This document shows positions 42,970-51,869 of a stretch of 64,000 nt of DNA, in pieces. Numbering within the stretch: position 1 is the first letter of the stretch; each line of letters starts with the position of its first letter. Position numbers and translations under genes: made by a program. Where the stretch lies: positions 62,812 through 126,811 of the forward strand of contig MEVD01000003.1 in the NCBI GenBank assembly GCA_001772865.1, written 5' to 3'. Origin of the DNA: a candidate division WWE3 bacterium RIFCSPHIGHO2_02_FULL_38_14 (GTDB lineage Bacteria > Patescibacteriota > WWE3 > UBA101185 > UBA10185). Below the pieces are notes generated by a model. It worked only from the letters and a program-made list of their open reading frames with translations, was not told the DNA's origin and ran no database searches.

Positions 42970-44251
42970 GGATGTAATTTATATGGAAAGAATTAAAGCA
43001 GTATTAAAAGACCAAACAGTTTCGGGAACTATTGTAGTTACAACAGGATTGTTTGTTTCTTCAATTTTCAGTTATTTTTTGCAGTTTTCGCTGGGACGTT
43101 TTTTACCGGTCAGGGAGTACGGTGATTTTAACGCTTTATTGTCTGTTTATTATATTGTTGGAGTTCCGTCGACAGTATTAGGAATTTCTATAATAAAAGT
43201 AGTTTCGGAACTCAAAGCAGAAAAAGAACATGAAAAGGTTTCGGGATTGTTCTGGAATTTAAGCTTATTTTCTCTTATTTTCGGTGCGGTTTTGGCAGCG
43301 GTATTTTTAATATTACAAAAAAATATCGGATCGTATTTAAATATTACGGACGGAACAGTATTAAAAATTTACTCTGCATTGATAATGCTATCCTTTTTAT
43401 CTCTTATACCTCAGTCTTTTTTACAGGGTCTGTTAAAATTTAACTCTTATGCATTTTTTGTAGTTATTCTCGGACTTCTCCGACTTGTAATTCCGGTATT
43501 ATTTGTAATAGTAGGTTATGGGGTAGCCGGGGCTTATGGGGGTATTTCAATAGTTATAGTACTGACTTACTTTATATCACTCCTTCTTCTTAGATCGGAT
43601 TTTGTAATTAAAGTTCATAGAATTTCATTTAATAAATACTATAAAAGAATACTGACATTTTCCGCTTCGGTTTTGCTGGTAAACCTTGCACTTATGATGC
43701 TGAATAATATAGACGTTTTGCTGGTAAAACGGTTTTTTCTGCCCGAAGTGGCCGGTTACTACGCCGGTGTTGTAACTGTAGGAAAAATTCTGCTTTTTGG
43801 AGCGGGCACTGTTTCAGTGGTTATGTTTCCTCAGATTTCCCAGGCGCATATAAAAAATCAAAATGTTTATGAAAAACTGAAAAAATTTCTCGCACTTCAA
43901 CTTATTATTGTAATTTTGGGATTGGTTGTATTCAGTGTGTTTCCGAAATTGATTGTACGAATTATGTTTGGCAATCCTTTTTTGCCGACAGTACCTTTTA
44001 TACCGTCTTTTGCAATATTTATGTGCCTGTATGTTTTAATAACTTTTATGGTTAATTTTTTCCTCGCTGTTAATCAAACCAAAGTTTTTCTTTTTCTGCT
44101 TCCGGCAGTTACAGTTCAGTTTATTGCATTGAATATATTTAACGACTCGCTATTTACAATAATAAGAGTTAATATATCAGTTGCAGCGATGCTCCTGATA
44201 GCACTATTTGTATTTGGCTATTGGATTAAGCAAAGTGAGACAAGTAAATAA
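42932..44251 (+). CDS. MOP-superfamily flippase (Wzx-like), second copy
   Basis: 439 aa polytopic, with similar architecture to the 35894 gene. Confidence 0.6.
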   Translation: MLKFTEFMPEPIKDVIYMERIKAVLKDQTVSGTIVVTTGLFVSSIFSYFLQFSLGRFLPVREYGDFNALLSVYYIVGVPSTVLGISIIKVVSELKAEKEHEKVSGLFWNLSLFSLIFGAVLAAVFLILQKNIGSYLNITDGTVLKIYSALIMLSFLSLIPQSFLQGLLKFNSYAFFVVILGLLRLVIPVLFVIVGYGVAGAYGGISIVIVLTYFISLLLLRSDFVIKVHRISFNKYYKRILTFSASVLLVNLALMMLNNIDVLLVKRFFLPEVAGYYAGVVTVGKILLFGAGTVSVVMFPQISQAHIKNQNVYEKLKKFLALQLIIVILGLVVFSVFPKLIVRIMFGNPFLPTVPFIPSFAIFMCLYVLITFMVNFFLAVNQTKVFLFLLPAVTVQFIALNIFNDSLFTIIRVNISVAAMLLIALFVFGYWIKQSETSK

Positions 44252-44274
44252 TATAGATTCAAAATAAATTTAAA

Positions 44275-45087
44275 ATGGCTAGAAAATTAGTATCAATAAT
44301 TGTACCCGCCTATAAAAAACAAGACACTATAAAACACGATATAGAAAACATATATGATGCTATGTGCCAGAGCAGATGGGACTTTGAAATTATTGTAGTG
44401 GTTGATGGTTTTGTTGATAGTACCTTTAAGCTGGCAAAAGAACTGGAAAAGAATGTTATTAGGGTGTTCGGGTATAAGACAAATAGAGGAAAAGGGTATG
44501 CTGTGAAATACGGAATGGCCAGAGCATTAGGGGATTATTTGGCTTTTATCGACGCGGGATTGGAAATAAATCCGAATGGAATTTCAATGATATTAGAACA
44601 TATGGAATGGTATGATGCGGATATTATTGTAGCCAGTAAACGACATCCGGTATCTAAAGTTCATTATCCTTTTACGAGAAAGTTATACAGCTGGGGATAC
44701 TTTACAATTATAAAATTATTATTTGGAGTAAAAGTACGCGATACCCAGACCGGTTTAAAAGTATATAGAAGAGAAGTACTGGAAGCGGTTATTCCCAGGC
44801 TGGTAATTAAAGAGTATGCCTTTGATATTGAATTACTGGCGGTGTCACACTATTTAGGATTCAGGAGAATATATGAAGCACCTGTCGAAGTGAAGTTTGA
44901 TTTTACTACTTCAAGAATTAAAGGATTTTTGATTTTTGATGAGTTTATCAGGAGAATGCTTCACGACACATTTGCGATATTTTACAGAATGCATATACTT
45001 AAGTATTACCACGATAATAATAAAAGGAAATGGGTTTATGATAAGGAATTGGAGATGCAGTTAAATACTGGTGAATCGGAAAAATAA
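44275..45087 (+). CDS. family 2 glycosyltransferase
   Basis: 270 aa. SIIVPAYKKQD, VVVDGFVDST, IDAG..; DxD context. Confidence 0.8.
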   Translation: MARKLVSIIVPAYKKQDTIKHDIENIYDAMCQSRWDFEIIVVVDGFVDSTFKLAKELEKNVIRVFGYKTNRGKGYAVKYGMARALGDYLAFIDAGLEINPNGISMILEHMEWYDADIIVASKRHPVSKVHYPFTRKLYSWGYFTIIKLLFGVKVRDTQTGLKVYRREVLEAVIPRLVIKEYAFDIELLAVSHYLGFRRIYEAPVEVKFDFTTSRIKGFLIFDEFIRRMLHDTFAIFYRMHILKYYHDNNKRKWVYDKELEMQLNTGESEK

Positions 45088-45100
45088 AATTATTAAGTCT

Positions 45101-46111
45101 ATGAAATTCAGCATAATTATTCCGGTCAGGTCTATAAACGATCATTTAAGAGAAAATATTGCGAATTTAAAACTGTTAAAATATGAAGATTTTGAAGTGA
45201 TTATCCTTACCGATAACACCGAATCTTATGATTTCGGCGACGGCAGGTTTAAACTGTTGGCTACGGGAAGTGTGGGTCCGGGAGAAAAAAGAAATGTCGG
45301 AGCGAATACTTCAACCGGCGATATTCTGGCTTTTCTGGACGATGATGCTTATCCCAAAGACGACTGGCTGAATAAAGCTTACGAAATATTTAAAGATAAG
45401 AGTATATATGCTCTTGGGGCACCGGCTATTACACCATTAAATGCCGGTTTTCTTGAAAGATGTTCGGGGAGGGTGTTGGAGTCGATTCTTTCTAGCGCTG
45501 GTACTGTTTACAGGTACGTGCCAATGTCTCGCAGAATTATTAACGATTATCCCACTGTAAACTTTTTGGTAAAAAAAGAAGCATTTTTGAGTGTGGGAGG
45601 ATTTATAAAAGATTTTTGGCCGGGAGAAGATACCAAACTATGTCTGGATTTAATTAATAAATTTGGAAAGGAGTTTATTTATGACCCTGCGCTTATTGTT
45701 TATCATCACAGAAGAAACTTATTCAGACCGCATTTAAAACAAATTTCAAGGTACGGTCAGCACCGCGGGCACTTCGCGAGAATATTTCCTGAAAATTCCA
45801 GGAATCCTTCATATTTTGTTCCATCTTTGTATATTTTGGGACTTGTGGCCGGACCGTTAGTATGTTTATTGATTCCTATTTTGTGGTTTGTTTATTTACC
45901 GGTTGTACTTATATATTTTATGTTAATATCGATTGAGGTTGTTCGTGTTTCAATAAAAGACAAATCTTTAAAAGTAGGGTTATATGTTGCCGGAGGGATA
46001 GTTTTAACACACATAGTTTATGGTGTAAACTTTATTATTGGATTATTGAAAAAGCCGGAATTGAAATTGAAAAAATTCGGGGGTAAGGCCGGGAATTACG
46101 TAGAAGGTTAA
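45101..46111 (+). CDS. family 2 glycosyltransferase with C-terminal TM helices
   Basis: MKFSIIIPV start at ATG 45101. LDDDAYP (DxD). Three or four C-terminal TM helices. Confidence 0.75.
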   Translation: MKFSIIIPVRSINDHLRENIANLKLLKYEDFEVIILTDNTESYDFGDGRFKLLATGSVGPGEKRNVGANTSTGDILAFLDDDAYPKDDWLNKAYEIFKDKSIYALGAPAITPLNAGFLERCSGRVLESILSSAGTVYRYVPMSRRIINDYPTVNFLVKKEAFLSVGGFIKDFWPGEDTKLCLDLINKFGKEFIYDPALIVYHHRRNLFRPHLKQISRYGQHRGHFARIFPENSRNPSYFVPSLYILGLVAGPLVCLLIPILWFVYLPVVLIYFMLISIEVVRVSIKDKSLKVGLYVAGGIVLTHIVYGVNFIIGLLKKPELKLKKFGGKAGNYVEG

Positions 46112-46188
46112 AGAGATTCCGTATTTAGAAAGTAATTTTTTACAAGTCTTGTTAGTTTATTTTAGGGAATTAGTAGGAGGATTTATAA

Positions 46189-46455
46189 ATGGCAAGAGGG
46201 CAAAATGAGTTTACAACCGATCCGAAATCAAAAGTGAAAATTAAAGTGATAAATGAGCTTTGTATCAGCGCCGGGACTTGCATTATAAAAGCTCCTGGCA
46301 CATTTGACCTGGATGAAGCCGGTATTGCTTATGTTAAAGACGGCACTTGGGATGATGCTCTTGATATTATAGAAGCTGCCAAATCATGCCCAACCACAGC
46401 GATAATTATTGAAGATATGAATGGTAATCAGATTTGGCCGGCTAAAAAAGAATAA
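46189..46455 (+). CDS. small mono-cluster ferredoxin
   Basis: 88 aa. CISAGTCIIKAP...SCPTTAI Cys pattern of divergent 4Fe-4S/3Fe-4S ferredoxins. Strong SD (aggagg) upstream. Confidence 0.7.
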   Translation: MARGQNEFTTDPKSKVKIKVINELCISAGTCIIKAPGTFDLDEAGIAYVKDGTWDDALDIIEAAKSCPTTAIIIEDMNGNQIWPAKKE

Positions 46456-46456
46456 T

Positions 46457-47443
46457 ATGCATAAATCTACATTTTTCCTTATGAAACCGGATGGAAATAG
46501 TATTGGTAAAGCCAAAGAGTTGAACTTGGATTCTGTTTTTGCGAGTCACAAAAATTTGGATGAAATCGTTATAAAAACGTTGCGGGAAAATTTGAAGTCG
46601 GGTATTGAAATAAATGCGGAGGTTGGAGTATTTGCAGGAAAAGATTTGTGGGATAAATTTCCCGATGTCATTCCGGTTGAAGCAGGCGGAAAAGAACCTG
46701 CGAGAGGATGGTATTACGGAGTTTGTCCTTCACACGAAGGAGTAAGAAATGAATGTTTGCAGAATGTTAAAGCACTTTTAGAAAGAGACTTAAACGGAAT
46801 TTGGCTGGATTTTATAAGATATCCTACCAAATGGGAAGAACCTGAACCATATATATTAGATGTATGCTATTGCGACAGATGTCTGAAAAAATTCAGCGAA
46901 TATTTGGGTGAACCTATAGAAGGAAACACTTTGGAAGATAAAGTGCTACTAATTGACGGAAGTTATTATATTGAATGGATCGAATTTAAAACTGAAATGA
47001 TCACTTCAATGGTAAGAGAAGTCAGGAAGTTGATTGATGATCATAATAGAAATGTTCAAAATGATAAAAAGGTAAAGCTGGGATTTTTCGCTATTCCATG
47101 GCAGGATAAAGAACATAGTGCAGGAATTAAAAGAATAGTTGCGCAGGATTTTGGAGCGTTAAGTACTTTGGTGGATATTTACAGCCCGATGTTATACCAC
47201 AAAATGTGCGGAAAAGAAGTTTCGTGGATAAAGGAAATGGTTAATTATTTTTGGGAAGTAGGTAAACCTCAGCTGCCTTTGATTCAAACCGAGCCCCGCG
47301 AAAGTGAAATAAAAGTTGATGAATTTAAGCAGGCATTGGATTTTGCAGGTGCAAGCCCTTCAACCGGAGTATGTGTATTCTTTTTGGAAGATTTGATGAA
47401 ACAGCCTGAAAAGTTTGATACAGTAAAAGAGTATTTTAAGTGA
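46457..47443 (+). CDS. hypothetical protein, GHL10/DUF187-like (glycoside-hydrolase-like TIM barrel)
   Basis: VCPSHEGVRNECL...LNGIWLDFIRYP resembles the conserved GHL10 block. Start taken at ATG 46457 after the ferredoxin stop. Confidence 0.4.
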   Translation: MHKSTFFLMKPDGNSIGKAKELNLDSVFASHKNLDEIVIKTLRENLKSGIEINAEVGVFAGKDLWDKFPDVIPVEAGGKEPARGWYYGVCPSHEGVRNECLQNVKALLERDLNGIWLDFIRYPTKWEEPEPYILDVCYCDRCLKKFSEYLGEPIEGNTLEDKVLLIDGSYYIEWIEFKTEMITSMVREVRKLIDDHNRNVQNDKKVKLGFFAIPWQDKEHSAGIKRIVAQDFGALSTLVDIYSPMLYHKMCGKEVSWIKEMVNYFWEVGKPQLPLIQTEPRESEIKVDEFKQALDFAGASPSTGVCVFFLEDLMKQPEKFDTVKEYFK

Positions 47444-47449
47444 AAATCT

Positions 47450-48328
47450 TTATACTTTTTTAGCCACTACCAGCATAATATCGTATAAATTAATATTCAG
47501 GTTCGGTTTTAGAATTCCGGTTTTTTTAAGAAGTTTATAAAAGCTAAAAGCATATTTAATCTTATAAAAGGTAACTAATCTAAATAACAAATAATCCAGG
47601 GATAGTTGGATTGACGGGTATATAATCTCAACTACCTCAAAGCCTGACTCATTAAATATTCTGGTTATAGTGTTTTTGTCAAAATAAGAAAGGTGTTGTG
47701 GTATGTTGTATAAATGCCAGTATTTACCGCTAATTTTTGCAACAGTGCTTCCGACGTCTCCGGTAGTTAATGCGACTACACTGCCCTGTTTAGTCATTTC
47801 ACTAAGCTGCTGTAAAGTTTCTAACGGGTCCGAAACATGCTCAATAGTATCCCAAAGGGTAACAACATCAAATATTTGATTTATATAAGGCGAATCTTTA
47901 ATAACTCCCGCAAAAGCTTTTAAGTTTTTTTTCTTTGCCTGCTCAACTGCATATTCTGAAACGTCAACACCATAAACTTCCCACCTGGAAGATGCAACCT
48001 CCATAAAAGCACCTGTAGCACATCCTACATCGAGCAAGTTGCCGCCGCTATTATATTTACTCAAAATATCTACCCGGAATTTAAATGAATTCTTTAAACT
48101 TTCAGCTTCTTTTTCATAATCGCTGTAGGCATGTTTTATGCCGGGATCATTGAAAAAATCTTCAGCATAATAATTGGAAAAAAACTCATCGTCCGGATCA
48201 AAATTAAGAAAAGTCAGGCTGCATTCATTGCATTTCGCCAGTTCGTATCCGTATTTTATAAATAAAACATTGTAATTATTAGATTTGCAAAGCCGGCATT
48301 TATTTAGCTTTTTTATTGTAGTTTCCAT
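47450..48328 (-). CDS. class I SAM-dependent methyltransferase with N-terminal zinc-ribbon
   Basis: CRLCKS...CNEC zinc ribbon; LLDVGCATGAFM (motif I); VYGVDVSE (motif II). Start trimmed to the internal Met to limit overlap with the upstream GT2. Confidence 0.7.
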   Translation of the reverse strand: METTIKKLNKCRLCKSNNYNVLFIKYGYELAKCNECSLTFLNFDPDDEFFSNYYAEDFFNDPGIKHAYSDYEKEAESLKNSFKFRVDILSKYNSGGNLLDVGCATGAFMEVASSRWEVYGVDVSEYAVEQAKKKNLKAFAGVIKDSPYINQIFDVVTLWDTIEHVSDPLETLQQLSEMTKQGSVVALTTGDVGSTVAKISGKYWHLYNIPQHLSYFDKNTITRIFNESGFEVVEIIYPSIQLSLDYLLFRLVTFYKIKYAFSFYKLLKKTGILKPNLNINLYDIMLVVAKKV

Positions 48329-49040
48329 AATAATAGTTAAATAAAATTGAAGCCAGATCTTTTGATGACCGCCAAGTATCAATTATGGTAGAAACAGTAC
48401 TTCCTTCTATATGATACCAGCTCACTGGCAGCTCTTTGATTGAAAAGCCCAGTTTTTTTGCAAGAAATAATGTTTCAGAATCATATGCGAACCTGTTTAT
48501 TCTTTGTTTTTCAAAAACTGATTTAGCGGCGTTTGCTTTAAACCCTTTGAAGCCGCAAGTTATATCGGTAAAGTTTAATCCAAGAAAAATATTAGTAATA
48601 AGTGTATACCCTTTACCCAGAATCCTTCGCGGTGCATTTTGGCTTTTTTTTGTTTGAGTTAAAAAATGTTTTTTTGAACCAATAACTATATCATATTCGT
48701 CTAATTCCTTAATAAATTTATGCATTTCTGCTAAATCTATAGAAATATCAGCATCCATTACAATAATTTTCCCTCCCTTGCTGGCAAGAACGCCTAATTT
48801 TACCGCGTGTCCTTTACCCTGATTTTGTGAATAACTTACGATTTGAATTGGAATGTCGGAATACTGATTTTTCAAATCTTCGAGTAAATTAATAGTGTTG
48901 TCTGTAGATCCGTCATTAGCCAATACCAACTCAAACGGGTCTTTTAACTCTTTTAACATGTAGTCGATGGCTGTGGTCATCCTGCTTTCGGATTTCATTC
49001 TTTTTTCTTCGTTATAAAATGGTATTACTACGCTTAGCAT
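48300..49040 (-). CDS. family 2 glycosyltransferase (polyprenyl-phosphate sugar synthase-like)
   Basis: 246 aa. LSVVIPFYNEE, LVLANDGSTDNT, VMDADIS. Confidence 0.8.
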   Translation of the reverse strand: MLSVVIPFYNEEKRMKSESRMTTAIDYMLKELKDPFELVLANDGSTDNTINLLEDLKNQYSDIPIQIVSYSQNQGKGHAVKLGVLASKGGKIIVMDADISIDLAEMHKFIKELDEYDIVIGSKKHFLTQTKKSQNAPRRILGKGYTLITNIFLGLNFTDITCGFKGFKANAAKSVFEKQRINRFAYDSETLFLAKKLGFSIKELPVSWYHIEGSTVSTIIDTWRSSKDLASILFNYYYGNYNKKAK

Positions 49041-49212
49041 ATCAAACCGTTTAAATTGTTAACGTAAAATAGTATATCACGCGCAAATGGGGTTTTTTAT
49101 TATTCTTTTTGGATGAATTAATCGAATAACCTTATAGTACTGTTTACATGTTATTTATATTAATTCAAAATATGATAATTCTACAGAGTAGACACCTCGA
49201 AAGGAGAGGAAG

Positions 49213-49983
49213 GTGACTGAGATTATCTTTAATGTGGCAAACGCTTTTCCTATTGGGGCGTTCAGGATGGGGAAGGTGATAGAGATCGTACTAGCTGATG
49301 GGTACGATCGCGTAAGTGTACTGCCCACATGGGGTTTACCAGCCCAGAATTTCAAATTAAGCCCCTGGATTCGATGCGCGGAACAGCCTTGGAACCCCGG
49401 ATCGCCTTGGGCATGGTTTCATGGTTTTATGACGCGCAACTTAAAAAGTCCGAGGCTTCATGATGTGCTCCTTTTTCCTTGATATAAAGAGTGGTGGATG
49501 CCACTTTGGGAGCGGATCAAGAGGTGGGGTGCAACTCCATTTGTTCACTCATATGCGGAGGTACCTGGGCTAGTTGAAGTTCACCCTGCAATGAGATTGA
49601 GTGGCGAATCCGCCGTTGCGATGGCTGAGGTGACTAACAGGCTGCTTGTTTTCGACACGATGCATGCTGTCCGTGGGCTTCGACCGGGAGATTTGAAGCC
49701 TGGTGAATCTCTGGATAGTAAGCTTGGGGATTGGTGATTGTGGATGGGAGTCGCCGTGGCGACTAACAGACTCGGATTATTCGATTTTCACCCGACTCCT
49801 ACACAATTAGCCAAAGGCGAGTTGGATGAGCCGCTTTCAATGCTCAGATTCGCCCTGAACCGCGGGTACAAAGGTCCCATACGCGTCGAAGCGGTGTTAC
49901 CCAGGCTTGTCGACCAAGCGGTTCACTGGCGTCTAGTTGCCCACCGAATGCTCAACCTTGTACACAACGAGCTCGAATCCTAA
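49213..49983 (+). other. GC-rich island ORF: 257-codon frame with strong SD and GTG start, interrupted only by two in-frame TGA codons (49480-49482, 49735-49737). Candidate UGA-recoded gene, very recent pseudogene, or structured RNA.
   Basis: Three consecutive ORF-track ORFs (49213-49482, 49498-49737, 49738-49983) lie in the same frame. AAGGAGAGG sits 6 nt before the GTG. An upstream TAG closes the frame at 49189. Local GC is far above the flanking sequence. No recognisable protein family. Confidence 0.3.
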
Positions 49984-49991
49984 TCTCGATT

Positions 49992-50026
49992 CCTCCCCGC
50001 AAATGCCCCTTGCGTGGAGGTTTCTA
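49992..50026 (+). terminator. rho-independent terminator closing the GC-rich island
   Basis: CCUCC-C-CGCAA-AUGCCCC-UUGCG-U-GGAGG nested hairpin followed by UUUCU, 9 nt after the TAA at 49981-49983. Confidence 0.55.
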
Positions 50027-50109
50027 ATATCAAATCATAGGTAAATCTAAAGGATTTTCAGTGAAAATAAAATAAATTTATATACATATTTATAACTATC
50101 TATACAACC

Positions 50110-50138
50110 TTGCCACACATAAATTAATCATGTATTAT
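50110..50138 (+). promoter_or_regulatory. candidate promoter TTGCCA-17-TATTAT for the radical SAM gene
   Basis: The -10 element overlaps the annotated ATG at 50137. If this promoter is used, the transcript would begin near the second in-frame ATG (50146), giving a leaderless mRNA. Confidence 0.3.
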
Positions 50139-51828
50139 GACAAATATGTTCAAAATAGCTGTAGGCTATCCGCCCATCGAAACTAACAAAGGTGTTCCGC
50201 TTCTTTCCCAAAACCGACAATTTCAGTATTTCAATGCACCTACTTATATCTATCCAATGGTGCCTGCATATGCTGCATCACAAGCTAAAGCTAAAGGATA
50301 CAATGTTGTATGGGTAGACGGTATCGCGGCTAAACAAACTTATTCACAATGGCTTGAACAGCTTGATCGGGAAAAACCCGACCTTTTAATGATTGAAACA
50401 AAATCGCCAGTAGTAAAACAACACTGGAGAATAATAACTGATCTCAAACAAAAATTCCCGAATATGCTCATAACTTTAGTAGGTGATCACGTTACTTATG
50501 CTCCAAAAGAAACAATGGACAACAGTCCGGTTGATTATATAATTACTGGTGGTGATTACGATTTTATGCTTTCAGATTTGGCCAATTCAATAACCAAAGG
50601 TGATAAACTTGTGGGTGGTATTTGGGGGCGCAAAAGCGACCAAAAAGTTTCTTTGGGAGAATTAATTAAGTACGAAGATTCTCAAGTGAACGGAAATGAA
50701 GCATATTGGGTTTCCGGACCATTAAAACAAACTCACAATCTAGACGAACTGCCGTTTGTTGACCGCGACCTCACTCATTGGGAGTACTATGCCTATGAAA
50801 ACGGAAATTATAAGTACACTCCCGCCACATATATGTACTCCGGTAAGGACTGCTGGTGGAACAGATGTACTTTCTGTGTGTGGGATCATACGATAAATGC
50901 GATTGGAACTTATAGAAGATTCACTCCCGAAAGATTGTTTGCCGAGGTTAAACATGTAGTTGACAAATACGGTGTCCGCGAAATATTTGATGATGCCGGA
51001 ACTCTTTTTGTAGGTCCTCCTCTTAAAAAATTCTGTAACATGCTAATTGAATCCGGCTACAATAAAAAAGTGATTTACGGCTGCAATATGAGATTAAACG
51101 CTTTAACACAGGAGTATTATGATTTAATGGGTAAGGCTAATTTCAGGTTTATATTGTATGGTATGGAATCCGGTAACCAAAAAACTCTGGACATGCTGGA
51201 TAAAGGATTAAAAATTCACCAAATAGAAGAAGGAGTAAGAATGGCTAAAAAAGCCGGCCTCGAACCACATTTAACAATTATGCTTGGGTATCCATGGGAA
51301 TCTGAGGAAGACGCCAAAAATACTATTGCCTTATCAAAAAGACTTTTCAAAGAGGGTTATGTAGATACTATGCAGGCTACAATTGTAATTCCATATCCTG
51401 GAACGCCTCTTTACAAACAATGTATAGAAAACAACTGGTTATTGGTTGATCCTACCGACTACGAAGCCTTTGATATGAGAGGTCCAGTTATGAAGATACC
51501 TTTTGCACATGAAAGACTTTATGAACTTACACAGGAACTATATTCTTCGTTTTTTACGCCTCAGTATGCTTTGAGAAAGCTTAAGGCGGTACGCAAATGG
51601 GATGATATTAAGTTTTTAGTTTATTCAGCGAAGAAACTTATGGGTCATCTGCTTGACTTTGATGAAGAGCAGACCAAGGTAAGTATGTCTTCTCCTACGT
51701 TCTGGATAAACGCCTTTAAGAGTATGTTTACTCATTTGAAAGAGAAAAAAGAAGATAAAACTATTGAGGTAACAATTAAAGAAAGTGCTGAAGCAGAAGT
51801 TAAAGCTAAATCCGAAGTTAAAATATAA
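50137..51828 (+). CDS. cobalamin (B12)-binding domain / radical SAM enzyme (class B rSAM-like, candidate C-methyltransferase)
   Basis: 563 aa. N-terminal Rossmann-like B12-binding domain. rSAM core with Cys triad DCWWNRCTFC (Cx4Cx2C spacing, not Cx3Cx2C). GMESGNQ SAM-binding region. Confidence 0.75.
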   Translation: MTNMFKIAVGYPPIETNKGVPLLSQNRQFQYFNAPTYIYPMVPAYAASQAKAKGYNVVWVDGIAAKQTYSQWLEQLDREKPDLLMIETKSPVVKQHWRIITDLKQKFPNMLITLVGDHVTYAPKETMDNSPVDYIITGGDYDFMLSDLANSITKGDKLVGGIWGRKSDQKVSLGELIKYEDSQVNGNEAYWVSGPLKQTHNLDELPFVDRDLTHWEYYAYENGNYKYTPATYMYSGKDCWWNRCTFCVWDHTINAIGTYRRFTPERLFAEVKHVVDKYGVREIFDDAGTLFVGPPLKKFCNMLIESGYNKKVIYGCNMRLNALTQEYYDLMGKANFRFILYGMESGNQKTLDMLDKGLKIHQIEEGVRMAKKAGLEPHLTIMLGYPWESEEDAKNTIALSKRLFKEGYVDTMQATIVIPYPGTPLYKQCIENNWLLVDPTDYEAFDMRGPVMKIPFAHERLYELTQELYSSFFTPQYALRKLKAVRKWDDIKFLVYSAKKLMGHLLDFDEEQTKVSMSSPTFWINAFKSMFTHLKEKKEDKTIEVTIKESAEAEVKAKSEVKI

Positions 51829-51869
51829 TACATTTTTAACTACCTCCTAATGTATGTAATAATATCCTT

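Noticed and set aside
49155-49355. Minus-strand ORF 49155-49355 in the island
   Set aside because: Short. It overlaps the better-supported plus-strand frame and its SD/GTG, and has no start context.
49480-49764. SECIS elements after the two in-frame TGAs (selenocysteine)
   Set aside because: Hairpins exist but are small and lack obvious bacterial SECIS features. Two Sec residues in an unknown protein and no sel genes in the window make this speculative. Kept only as a sub-hypothesis.
49190-50026. tmRNA or RNase P RNA identity for the GC-rich island (GGAUUCGA / CGAAUCC motifs, AAAGUCCGAGGCUUCAU resembling the RNase P P4 strand)
   Set aside because: No complementary P4 3' strand, tRNA-like acceptor/T-arm, or tag-peptide reading frame could be found. 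The length (about 830 nt) is roughly double either RNA. Resemblances are short and could be chance.
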